A stretch of 64,000 nucleotides of DNA from Alphaproteobacteria bacterium (lineage in GTDB: Bacteria; Pseudomonadota; Alphaproteobacteria; RF32; CAG-239). Positions 36,576-44,672 of the stretch are shown piece after piece (positions within the stretch are counted from its first letter, which is position 1; every line of letters begins with the position of its first letter). The DNA lies in contig JAZNKG010000019.1 of NCBI GenBank assembly GCA_045578445.1, positions 21 through 64,020 of the forward strand, written 5' to 3'. The notes beneath the pieces were generated by a model that saw only the letters and a program-made list of their open reading frames with translations, was not told where the DNA came from and searched no databases. The translations under genes and the position numbers were made by a program.

Positions 36576-39500
36576 ATGGTTGTAGATATAAAGAAATATG
36601 AAGAAGAATCAAAAATTCGCCATATTGATGATATTGTAAAAAATCCTCTTAACGTTTTACGTATAAGATTTTCAGAAAAGTTTTTATCAGCTGAAGCTCC
36701 CGAAAATATAACAGAAGAATATGTTCGAGAAGTTCATAAAGAATTGGAGAAATTTTTCAAAGATATGCCTGATGGAAAAGAAACTTTTGCTCGACATCAA
36801 GAAAATTTTGAACACTTTTTAAAAACCGGTGAACCCAAAACCCCATTAACATTAGATAGTGAGGAATCTTTATTTTATTGGGGAACTGTATTAGGCTTAC
36901 TAGCTGTTCACCCTGAAATGCAAGAAAATTGGGATGATAAACATCGTTTTGCAGATATTACTAAAAGTACGCTTTGGAAAAGAATAGAAAAAAGTAGCTA
37001 TATGCAAATAAATCTTCAAAAGCATGCGTATCTTGTAAAAAGAAGTGTTAATAATCCTAAAACTAAAATGGTTTACGGTGCTCCTGGAGGGTATCCTAAC
37101 ATCGGATATTGCTGTTCAACAAACATTAAAACAGGGGAAAAGATAATTTTTGATGATATGCTCTGGACATTATTAACCGGAGTAGATGCATCCGGTACTG
37201 CTATCGGTCATGAAATTGCGCACTCAGAGGGTTCACAGCACCATGAAACTCCTCGTATGATAGAAATAAATAAAGAACACGAAGAAGCAAAAAAACAATT
37301 AGAAGACGCTAAACAAAGAAATAATAAAGATGAAGTAATTGAGCTTACACGTAAAATACTAAGGTTAAATTTAGAATATAAGATGCGTTATAGATTTCAT
37401 GATGAATTAGAGAATATGTTCGCCAATCGCTTTGCTGTAACTCGCGGTGGTGACTTTGATAGAGCGCATCTAAACGAGCTAGAAGCAAGCATTAATGTTG
37501 GTGAAAAATATTTTGCTGGTAAAAAAATAGGAGAAGTTAGAAAGATACTCCAAAAAGACCCTATGGCACGAATCCAGCATGTAAAAGATATCGCACGTAA
37601 TAGTTTTTTCTGTAATAATGGTTTAGTAGAGGGAGAGCCCGTTGATTGGAATAAAATTGGATTATTTCCACAACTTCTAGATGGAATACATCCAGATGGC
37701 GAAGAAATGAGTCCATTAGAATGTTTTATGGAAATTCGTCGAATTTGTAATGAATTTGAAGAAAAACAACCATCTCAATCATTAGAAAATACTTCTCCTC
37801 AAATTTACAGAGAAAGAATGACAGAATTAAGCTTATATCGTATGGGTTTAGTTGATGAATTTTTTGATAAATTTGTTGCTCATCATATGGAAGAATTGTA
37901 TCAAAAGCAAAATGAGGAATTAGAGCAAATTTTGCAGTCATTACAACAGCAACAACAACAGCAACAACAACAGCAACAACAAGGCGGTCAAGGTCAAGGA
38001 CAACCTCAGCCTAACCAACAAGGACAAGGGCAAGGCGAGGGACAGCCTCAGCCTAACCAACAAGGACAAGGGCAAGGTGAGGGACAGCCTCAGCCTAACC
38101 AACAAGGACAAGGGCAAGGCGAGGGACAACCTCAGCCTAACCAACAAGGTCAGCAAGACGGACAACAACAAGGTGGTCAAGGTCAGCAAGACGGACAACA
38201 ACAAGGTGGTCAAGGTCAGCAAAACGGACAACAACAAGGTGGTCAAGGACAACAAGGCGGTCAAGGTCAGCAAGACGGACAGCAACAAGGTGGTCAAGGA
38301 CAGCAAGGCGGACAACAACAAGGCGGTCAAGGTCAGCAAAGCGGACAGCAACAAGGTGGTCAAAGTCAACAAGGCGGACAACAACAAGGCGGTCAAGGTC
38401 AGCAAGACGGACAACAACAAGGTGGTCAAGGTCAGCAAGACGGACAACAACAAGGCGGTCAAGGTCAGCAAGGCGGACAACAACAAGGAGGTCAAGGTCA
38501 GCCTCAGCCAGGACAACCTCATCCAGGGGATGATCCAAATGGAGATAGAAGCTGGCAGGATATGTTACCAACTATTGATGATATGCAGTTGCCAAATGTT
38601 AAGCCTAAAAATCCTTTAGAGGGAATGACAGATGAAGAGGTAGAAGAACTTCTATCTAAATCTAGTAACGTTGATGATTTAGCTCAAGAATATGAAAATG
38701 AACACCAAGAAGAAATAGAAGAACAAAAGCAAAAAGAAAGGGAGTTAAGAGAGGCACGTGGTGAATACGATGGTCCAAGACAAAGAAAACGCACTTCCGG
38801 TGATGCTTTCTCTCGCATAAAACATACAGAGGCAATATTAATAAGCAAAGAGGAAATGATGCCATCTGGTAATGAAATTGCTCGAGAATATCGTGAGGGT
38901 AGTTTTAGTTCTTATCAAAAATATGTCGCACAATTTACTGCGGAAATTGCTGTTGCAAGAACAATGATAAAAGAGATTATTACTCAGAAAAAATTAGAAG
39001 GTATAGAAAAAGGTGTTGAAACTAGACGACCTGTTCGTGCAATAAATCCAGGAAGATTACAAAAGCAAAGAGTCTTAGAATTAAAGAAAAAAATGTCTCG
39101 CGGAGAACAAGTTACAATACGAGATTTTGATCGTTTTGATAAAAAACGTAAATGTAGCGATACAGAATTATCAAAAGAAGTAGAAATTTCTCCAACAAAT
39201 ATTGCAATTGTAATAGATAGCTCAGGGTCAATGTGTGGTACTCCTTTTGATAATGCTATAAAAATTGCTTGCATTTTGTACGAAGCTGCTCGCGAATTTG
39301 ATGAGGTTAATTTATATGTATATGCAATGGGTGACCCTGAACCAGTAACTATAGCACACCCAGATATGTCAACAAAGAAAATATCTGAAATGCTTGATGC
39401 TGCAAGAAAACTTAATGGTATGGGATGTTCAGACCGTTTAATTCCAGCAGTTATTAAAGCTCTTTCTGATATTACTGATAGTATAAAATTAAAATCAAGA

Positions 39501-39896
39501 GAAAAAGGTAGCTTTACTCATATCTTCTCCATTACCGATGGTGGAAATAATGACTATGGTGGATGCGATGGCTATCAAGTTAATGATGTTTTAGAAAAGA
39601 TGATTAGAGAGAATCCTCAAATTACTATGGATAGCATTTTTATTGGCGAAGTAGGGGGGCAAAACTATACCAAACCACTAATTCATAGACTTCAAGACGA
39701 AGGTATTACTCAAATGGATTATGTTGATGTTCCTGATGGAGATGCAATACCAACAGCTGTTAGACAAATTTTAAAAGAACGTATGCGCCATAGTGATAAA
39801 GATAAAAAAGGACGTAAAATTAAACGTATTAATAGTCAAGATAAAGAAAGTATGGAGGCAATAATAAAAGAAGTACAAACATCAAGAAGACGTTAA
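36576..39896 (+). CDS. Large HExxH (zincin-like) / Gln-Gly-Pro repeat / von Willebrand factor A (MIDAS) protein
   Basis: 1106 aa. HEIAH at aa 212-216 (nt 37209-37223), low-complexity Q/G/P block at aa 457-640, acidic linker. MIDAS start IAIVIDSSGSM (D881; nt 39216-39230) with downstream FSITDGGNND. Confidence 0.8.
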   Translation: MVVDIKKYEEESKIRHIDDIVKNPLNVLRIRFSEKFLSAEAPENITEEYVREVHKELEKFFKDMPDGKETFARHQENFEHFLKTGEPKTPLTLDSEESLFYWGTVLGLLAVHPEMQENWDDKHRFADITKSTLWKRIEKSSYMQINLQKHAYLVKRSVNNPKTKMVYGAPGGYPNIGYCCSTNIKTGEKIIFDDMLWTLLTGVDASGTAIGHEIAHSEGSQHHETPRMIEINKEHEEAKKQLEDAKQRNNKDEVIELTRKILRLNLEYKMRYRFHDELENMFANRFAVTRGGDFDRAHLNELEASINVGEKYFAGKKIGEVRKILQKDPMARIQHVKDIARNSFFCNNGLVEGEPVDWNKIGLFPQLLDGIHPDGEEMSPLECFMEIRRICNEFEEKQPSQSLENTSPQIYRERMTELSLYRMGLVDEFFDKFVAHHMEELYQKQNEELEQILQSLQQQQQQQQQQQQQGGQGQGQPQPNQQGQGQGEGQPQPNQQGQGQGEGQPQPNQQGQGQGEGQPQPNQQGQQDGQQQGGQGQQDGQQQGGQGQQNGQQQGGQGQQGGQGQQDGQQQGGQGQQGGQQQGGQGQQSGQQQGGQSQQGGQQQGGQGQQDGQQQGGQGQQDGQQQGGQGQQGGQQQGGQGQPQPGQPHPGDDPNGDRSWQDMLPTIDDMQLPNVKPKNPLEGMTDEEVEELLSKSSNVDDLAQEYENEHQEEIEEQKQKERELREARGEYDGPRQRKRTSGDAFSRIKHTEAILISKEEMMPSGNEIAREYREGSFSSYQKYVAQFTAEIAVARTMIKEIITQKKLEGIEKGVETRRPVRAINPGRLQKQRVLELKKKMSRGEQVTIRDFDRFDKKRKCSDTELSKEVEISPTNIAIVIDSSGSMCGTPFDNAIKIACILYEAAREFDEVNLYVYAMGDPEPVTIAHPDMSTKKISEMLDAARKLNGMGCSDRLIPAVIKALSDITDSIKLKSREKGSFTHIFSITDGGNNDYGGCDGYQVNDVLEKMIRENPQITMDSIFIGEVGGQNYTKPLIHRLQDEGITQMDYVDVPDGDAIPTAVRQILKERMRHSDKDKKGRKIKRINSQDKESMEAIIKEVQTSRRR
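37944..37982 (+). repeat. In-frame (CAA/CAG)13 polyglutamine tract
   Basis: 13 consecutive Gln codons read directly from the sequence. Confidence 0.95.
37983..38147 (+). repeat. Tandem 42-nt coding repeat (one 39-nt plus three 42-nt units; GQGQGEGQPQPNQQ)
   Basis: The units are near-identical and differ by single bases (for example ggc/ggt, cag/caa). Confidence 0.9.
38148..38495 (+). repeat. Tandem 33-nt coding repeat, about 10.5 units (GQQ[D/N/G/S]GQQQGGQ)
   Basis: The unit ggtcagcaagacggacaacaacaaggtggtcaa recurs head to tail, with one truncated 18-nt unit. Confidence 0.9.
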
Positions 39897-39903
39897 ATTT
39901 TAT

Positions 39904-39932
39904 TTGCGTTAACTAAAAATTTATGATATAAT
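39904..39932 (+). promoter_or_regulatory. Internal promoter candidate for the AAA+ ATPase gene
   Basis: TTGCGT (39904-39909), 17-nt spacer, extended -10 TGaTATAAT (39924-39932). Confidence 0.45.
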
Positions 39933-39973
39933 ATGTAATATACCAACAATTAGGTAAAAAAGGGAGAACTACA

Positions 39974-42766
39974 ATGACAGAAGAAATAAATAACGAAATA
40001 ACATGGATTGAATTAGGTTCAGCAGAATACCCTATTCCTATTGGTGCTGAATATGATAAAGATGGAAAAGTAGTAAGGATTAAATGGCTTCAATCCGATG
40101 AAGATGCTATTTACATTCCCACAATGCGCACTGGTGAAACACAAGAACAGCTTTATGGCCGTTTTATTCGAGATGTTGTTTCAGACCCTGTATTACTTAG
40201 AAGTATGGAAGAGATTATACGTCGTACAGATATCACCTATGCCGATAAAGACGAAAAAAGTGCTTCTCTCACAATGATTGGTGACCCTGGTTGCGGTAAA
40301 ACATTTATGGCATCAAGAATTGCCGAATTATTACACCCTAAAGGTGCATTTAAAGTGGATTGTGGTATCTTAACAGAACCAGAAGCTTTATACCAAGTGA
40401 CAGTATTAAATGCCGGAGGTCACAATAAAGTTCAAGCAGTTAAAGCTTTTATAGATAGAGGTAATAACCCAGAAACTGAATTAGAAATTCCTAGAGAACT
40501 TGTTGTAAAACTTACTAAAGAGTTTGGAATTAAATATGTAAATACAGTAAATCGTGATGGCCGTAAATTTGTAGAAGTTGACTTTAACGGAATTGCAGAT
40601 ACATATTCAGGCAAACATGTAGAACAAGTAATGTCTGAAGTTATTGAAAAATTCAATATTCCTTATGAAAATGAGCAAGGTGGCGTAGGTATAAGTTATA
40701 GAAACGGTCCTTTATTACGTGCTTTATTAGACCCAAGTTCTCCTGACTATGGTCGTCCTGTAATTCTAGATGAATCTAACCGTTTGCCTGAAGTAGATGC
40801 TTGGTTAACTATTAATGCATTTTTCTCAGACCCTAATGTTGATAAACTGGTACTTCGTGGTGAAGATAATAGAGAATTTACAATATATCGTAAAGATTTA
40901 CCTGAAAACTTTTTATTAATAGGTACAGCAAACCCTGCTACTGATGAAATGGGATCCAGTGCTCAAACTATGAGCAGACCTATGGTATCACGTGCTGGTG
41001 CTAATATTGATATTATTACTAGTGGTCGAGCAAAACAACATGACTTTTTCTCTCGTTCACTAAAACACTTTACAGGTGTACCTGCATATATGGTTTATAT
41101 GATAGACCCAGAGTACTATGATAAGCATCCAGAAGAATTAGCAGAAAGATTAATGTATCTTCGTGTTGTAGGTTTGGAGGGAGTTGATAATCCACATATG
41201 TGGGCGGCAAAACTCTTAGCTAATCCATATTTAAGAGAAGAAAATATGCCTGAATCTATTAAATTAATTCCTAAAGATGAATTATTTAATATTAAGCATA
41301 TTGATAGAACTATTCATGTTGCCAGAAATTATGGTACACTTCTTTATGAAACTGCAGAAATGGTTGAAAACTTAATTAAAGACGAAGATGTTGCGCCTAC
41401 ATATAGAAATTACTTAAGTGAACTTGGTGTAGTAGATTTACGTTATGCCTTTAAGTTATTCCAGCATACACAAACTCATGGTGTTAGTCAAAAAACAGAA
41501 AATAAACCAATTACTGTAGGTGATAAAACTAAAACCCAAGAAGAAATTCAAATGCGTGCACAACAACGTGCTATGGAACGTAAAGTAGGAAAAAAATTCA
41601 CAAGAGGTACTATGTTAGACATAGGTACAGTCGAACGCTTGAAAAATATCTTGAAGCCAGATAATTATCATGATTTCTTCGATACATTAAGTGATGAAGA
41701 AATTAAAACTACATCAGAGAAAGTTTTTGCAGCTCTTGAAAAATTAATGGGAATTGCACAAAATAAATGTCACTTTAAACATGCTGGTTATGAAGGCAAT
41801 GACTCTGTTGCAAATCTTTATAATGCAAGACCAGAAGACTTTGAAGAAAGCGCTGAAGCTAAAGAAATTGCAAAAATTTTAATTGATAGTATCAATGATG
41901 CAATGGGCACAAACCTCAAGGTTGATGATATTAATGGTGAAGAAGCTCTTAAACTTTTAGAACAATTAATCAAAGAAGATGAAAATGATAATACTGTAAT
42001 CGTTCCATCTCATGAGGTTAAAGACTATGAGAAGAGAAGCTTCAAGCCTTTCCAAAGAACAAAAATTCACTCTTCAGATGATGTTACATCTATTGAGCCT
42101 AAAGACTTAGCAACAATTGATCAATTTATAGATAGTTTAATTGTTGATAAGGCAAGGGCACACAATATTAAAAAATTAATGACTCAATCTCAGCAAAATA
42201 TTGAACAAAGTTTTGCTTTACCAGAATTTTATGGTAGCGAACATGATGGTAGAAGTATTAAAGAAAAAATTGAGCCATTGAAACAGATTATTTCTGGTGA
42301 AAATCCAAATGTATTTGTATCATTTATAATTTTACAGGATAATTCAAATGAAACAAAAGAGCCAGAATCAAGATTTGCAGTATTAATTTATAATAAAGCA
42401 GATGATAAAGTAGGTGTTATTTCAACATTTGACGTTAGCGAAAGCGATCACAAAAAGCTTAAAGAAAAAGGAATTATTCTATTAAATGCAGAGCAACAAA
42501 AAATTGGTCCAGAATTTATGAACTATATAAAAGGTGAGAATACTGAAATTGTTGATAAAGACGTTTATGAATCAATATATTTGATAATGCGACCAGATTT
42601 GATGGAACAAGCAAGCCTATCAGGAATTAGTTCAATATTTGATTCTATTGGTAGCTCAACTATTTCTAGTGGAGACTTGGAGAACCCAGGACTTATTCAC
42701 TGTATAGAAAAAATACCAACAAAGACTAATTTAATAAATAAAATTCAAGATAGATTTGGAATGTAG
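39974..42766 (+). CDS. Large AAA+ ATPase, MoxR/AAA_5-like core with about 580-aa uncharacterised C-terminal extension
   Basis: 930 aa. Walker A GDPGCGKT (aa 103-110; nt 40280-40303), Walker B VILDE (aa 263-267; nt 40760-40774), sensor-1-like LLIGTANP, Arg-rich SRPMVSRAG. No second P-loop seen. Confidence 0.8.
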   Translation: MTEEINNEITWIELGSAEYPIPIGAEYDKDGKVVRIKWLQSDEDAIYIPTMRTGETQEQLYGRFIRDVVSDPVLLRSMEEIIRRTDITYADKDEKSASLTMIGDPGCGKTFMASRIAELLHPKGAFKVDCGILTEPEALYQVTVLNAGGHNKVQAVKAFIDRGNNPETELEIPRELVVKLTKEFGIKYVNTVNRDGRKFVEVDFNGIADTYSGKHVEQVMSEVIEKFNIPYENEQGGVGISYRNGPLLRALLDPSSPDYGRPVILDESNRLPEVDAWLTINAFFSDPNVDKLVLRGEDNREFTIYRKDLPENFLLIGTANPATDEMGSSAQTMSRPMVSRAGANIDIITSGRAKQHDFFSRSLKHFTGVPAYMVYMIDPEYYDKHPEELAERLMYLRVVGLEGVDNPHMWAAKLLANPYLREENMPESIKLIPKDELFNIKHIDRTIHVARNYGTLLYETAEMVENLIKDEDVAPTYRNYLSELGVVDLRYAFKLFQHTQTHGVSQKTENKPITVGDKTKTQEEIQMRAQQRAMERKVGKKFTRGTMLDIGTVERLKNILKPDNYHDFFDTLSDEEIKTTSEKVFAALEKLMGIAQNKCHFKHAGYEGNDSVANLYNARPEDFEESAEAKEIAKILIDSINDAMGTNLKVDDINGEEALKLLEQLIKEDENDNTVIVPSHEVKDYEKRSFKPFQRTKIHSSDDVTSIEPKDLATIDQFIDSLIVDKARAHNIKKLMTQSQQNIEQSFALPEFYGSEHDGRSIKEKIEPLKQIISGENPNVFVSFIILQDNSNETKEPESRFAVLIYNKADDKVGVISTFDVSESDHKKLKEKGIILLNAEQQKIGPEFMNYIKGENTEIVDKDVYESIYLIMRPDLMEQASLSGISSIFDSIGSSTISSGDLENPGLIHCIEKIPTKTNLINKIQDRFGM

Positions 42767-42776
42767 GAGATAAGAC

Positions 42777-43091
42777 ATGACAGATAAAAAGTTTAATAGA
42801 GATGAATTGGAAACCTTAGTATTAGAGCAGATTATGTCTCGACCATATCACGATTTTAGTGGCAATAAAATCCATTATGTTGCAGAGGAATATGAAGCTA
42901 TATTTGTAAAAAACTTAAAAGGTAATAAAGAAGTTCATAATCTTAGTGAACTTGAAGAAGCAGTAAATTCTCCAGAGGTAAAAACAATTTTTATTGGCAG
43001 AAGTGCTGCTATCACCTCTAGAGGATTAGAAAATGTTTTATCTAGGACAAGCTTAATAAAACAAATTTTCTGTGCTTTTGAAATAAAGTAA
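42777..43091 (+). CDS. Hypothetical 104-aa protein coupled to the AAA+ ATPase gene
   Basis: It starts 10 nt after the ATPase stop, behind AGGAG, and is followed by the unit's terminator. Confidence 0.55.
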   Translation: MTDKKFNRDELETLVLEQIMSRPYHDFSGNKIHYVAEEYEAIFVKNLKGNKEVHNLSELEEAVNSPEVKTIFIGRSAAITSRGLENVLSRTSLIKQIFCAFEIK

Positions 43092-43103
43092 AAAAACTGC
43101 ATT

Positions 43104-43136
43104 AAAAAAAGCGCCTCTATTTGAGGCGTTTTTTTT
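43104..43136. terminator. Bidirectional rho-independent terminator
   Basis: Stem CGCCTC/GAGGCG with a 7-nt A-run and an 8-nt T-run, between convergent genes. Confidence 0.8.
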
Positions 43137-43140
43137 ATTA

Positions 43141-44583
43141 TCAACGAAGCTTTAGTTTTGCTAACAAAGTAATAATCGTTACAACTTCTAATCGACCTAA
43201 TACCATAACAAAAGCTAATACATATTTTATAAAATCTGAAAATTCCGCATAATTACCCGTAGGTCCAGTTTTTTCTGTAAGACCTGGACCAAAGCTTGTA
43301 ATAGCTCCCACAACAGCACCAAGCGCTGTTACAATGTCTATACCAGATAAACAAAGCACTGTAACAAAAAAGAATATCGCTAAAATAAAACTCATTACCA
43401 ATACAAATACAGACGCCACAATATCATTACTTACAGCTTTATCTCCTGTTTTAATAACAGTTGCTTGGTTAGGGGATAGTGCATTAATAGTATGCTTTTT
43501 TAAAAAACCAAAAACAACTTGCCATCTAAATATTTTAATCGATCCAGAAGTAGAGCCAGTACATCCTCCATGAAGTGTTAGAGCGCAAATTACAATAGGC
43601 GCCCAAACACCCCAAGTAATATAGTTATAAGACGTAAATCCCGTTGTCGTAATTGCAGAAACAAAATTAAAACCAATAATTCTTAGGCTCTTAAAAAAGT
43701 CAATATCTTTTGATAAAGCAAAAAATAAGCTAAATGACAAAATATAAACAATTATAAGCTTAAACAACGTGTTAACCTGCGGATTAGATGTGATAAATGA
43801 AATTTTCTTTTCCTTAAACAACAAAACAAAATAAGTTAAAGGCAAAGCACCTAATATCATAAAAAATATGATAATAAGCTCAATTTCAATACTGTTAAAC
43901 CAAGCAATAGATGTATTTTTAGTAGAAAAACCACCGGTACAAACTGTTGATAAAGCGTGCGAAATTGCGTCAAACCAATTCATGCCAAACTCTTTTAGTA
44001 AAGTCGCGCATACAATATTTAATATTACATAAACCAAGATAATATCTTTAGCAATATCTCTGATTTTAGGTAAGAATTTATCTTCAGTATCAGAATTTTC
44101 CTTCTTAAAAATATTCATACCACCAATACCCAAAAAAGGCATCAAAGCAACAGCAAAAATCACAATTCCAATGCCACCGATAGAGTTTAACATAGCACGC
44201 CACAACAAAACAGATTTAGGCTGACTCTCAATATCTTTAATAATCGATGCCCCAGTTGTTGTAATCCCAGAAGTGGCTTCAAATATAGCGTCAGTAATTG
44301 TTTTAATGTCACCATTGTTATATAGAGGAATAGCACAAATTAAAGGTGCGATATACCAACAACTTATAGTAATTAAAAAACCTTGTAAAATCGAAATGTT
44401 TTTTATCTTTGAATAGTTTGCCACAAATAAACTACCTCCAATAAAAATAGAAACAATTCCACTTTGTATAAAAATAAAATCAAACTCACCAGTAATATAT
44501 TTCATAACAATAGCAGGGATAAACATCATTAACCCTAAAATAGAAATAACATACCCATTAATCATCAAAATTGGATGCCACAT
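43141..44583 (-). CDS. trkH: Potassium uptake protein TrkH
   Basis: 480 aa and polytopic. Repeated selectivity-filter-like segments (TSGITTTGAS, CTGGFS, TTTGFTS, CTGSTSGSIK) are typical of TrkH/KtrB. Confidence 0.9.
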   Translation of the reverse strand: MWHPILMINGYVISILGLMMFIPAIVMKYITGEFDFIFIQSGIVSIFIGGSLFVANYSKIKNISILQGFLITISCWYIAPLICAIPLYNNGDIKTITDAIFEATSGITTTGASIIKDIESQPKSVLLWRAMLNSIGGIGIVIFAVALMPFLGIGGMNIFKKENSDTEDKFLPKIRDIAKDIILVYVILNIVCATLLKEFGMNWFDAISHALSTVCTGGFSTKNTSIAWFNSIEIELIIIFFMILGALPLTYFVLLFKEKKISFITSNPQVNTLFKLIIVYILSFSLFFALSKDIDFFKSLRIIGFNFVSAITTTGFTSYNYITWGVWAPIVICALTLHGGCTGSTSGSIKIFRWQVVFGFLKKHTINALSPNQATVIKTGDKAVSNDIVASVFVLVMSFILAIFFFVTVLCLSGIDIVTALGAVVGAITSFGPGLTEKTGPTGNYAEFSDFIKYVLAFVMVLGRLEVVTIITLLAKLKLR

Positions 44584-44672
44584 TGTAATTCCTAAAGAAA
44601 TTAGACCTATTTATATATTATAGGGTTTTATAAACTTTTCAAATGGTTATAGAAATTATCCCCTTTAATACA

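Noticed and set aside
37944-38495. Regular 33-nt and 42-nt repeats that could superficially suggest a CRISPR-like array.
   Set aside because: The units are contiguous with no unique spacers, lie in frame inside a long ORF, and encode a coherent Q/G/P peptide repeat. No cas genes are present.
37941-38619. Three long overlapping ORFs on other frames or strands (193-aa Leu-rich, 144-aa, and 180-aa K/V/N-rich) across the repeat block.
   Set aside because: They are mirror or shifted readings of the CAA/CAG/GGT-rich tandem repeats. Repeat periodicity keeps every frame open. They have no independent start context or motifs.
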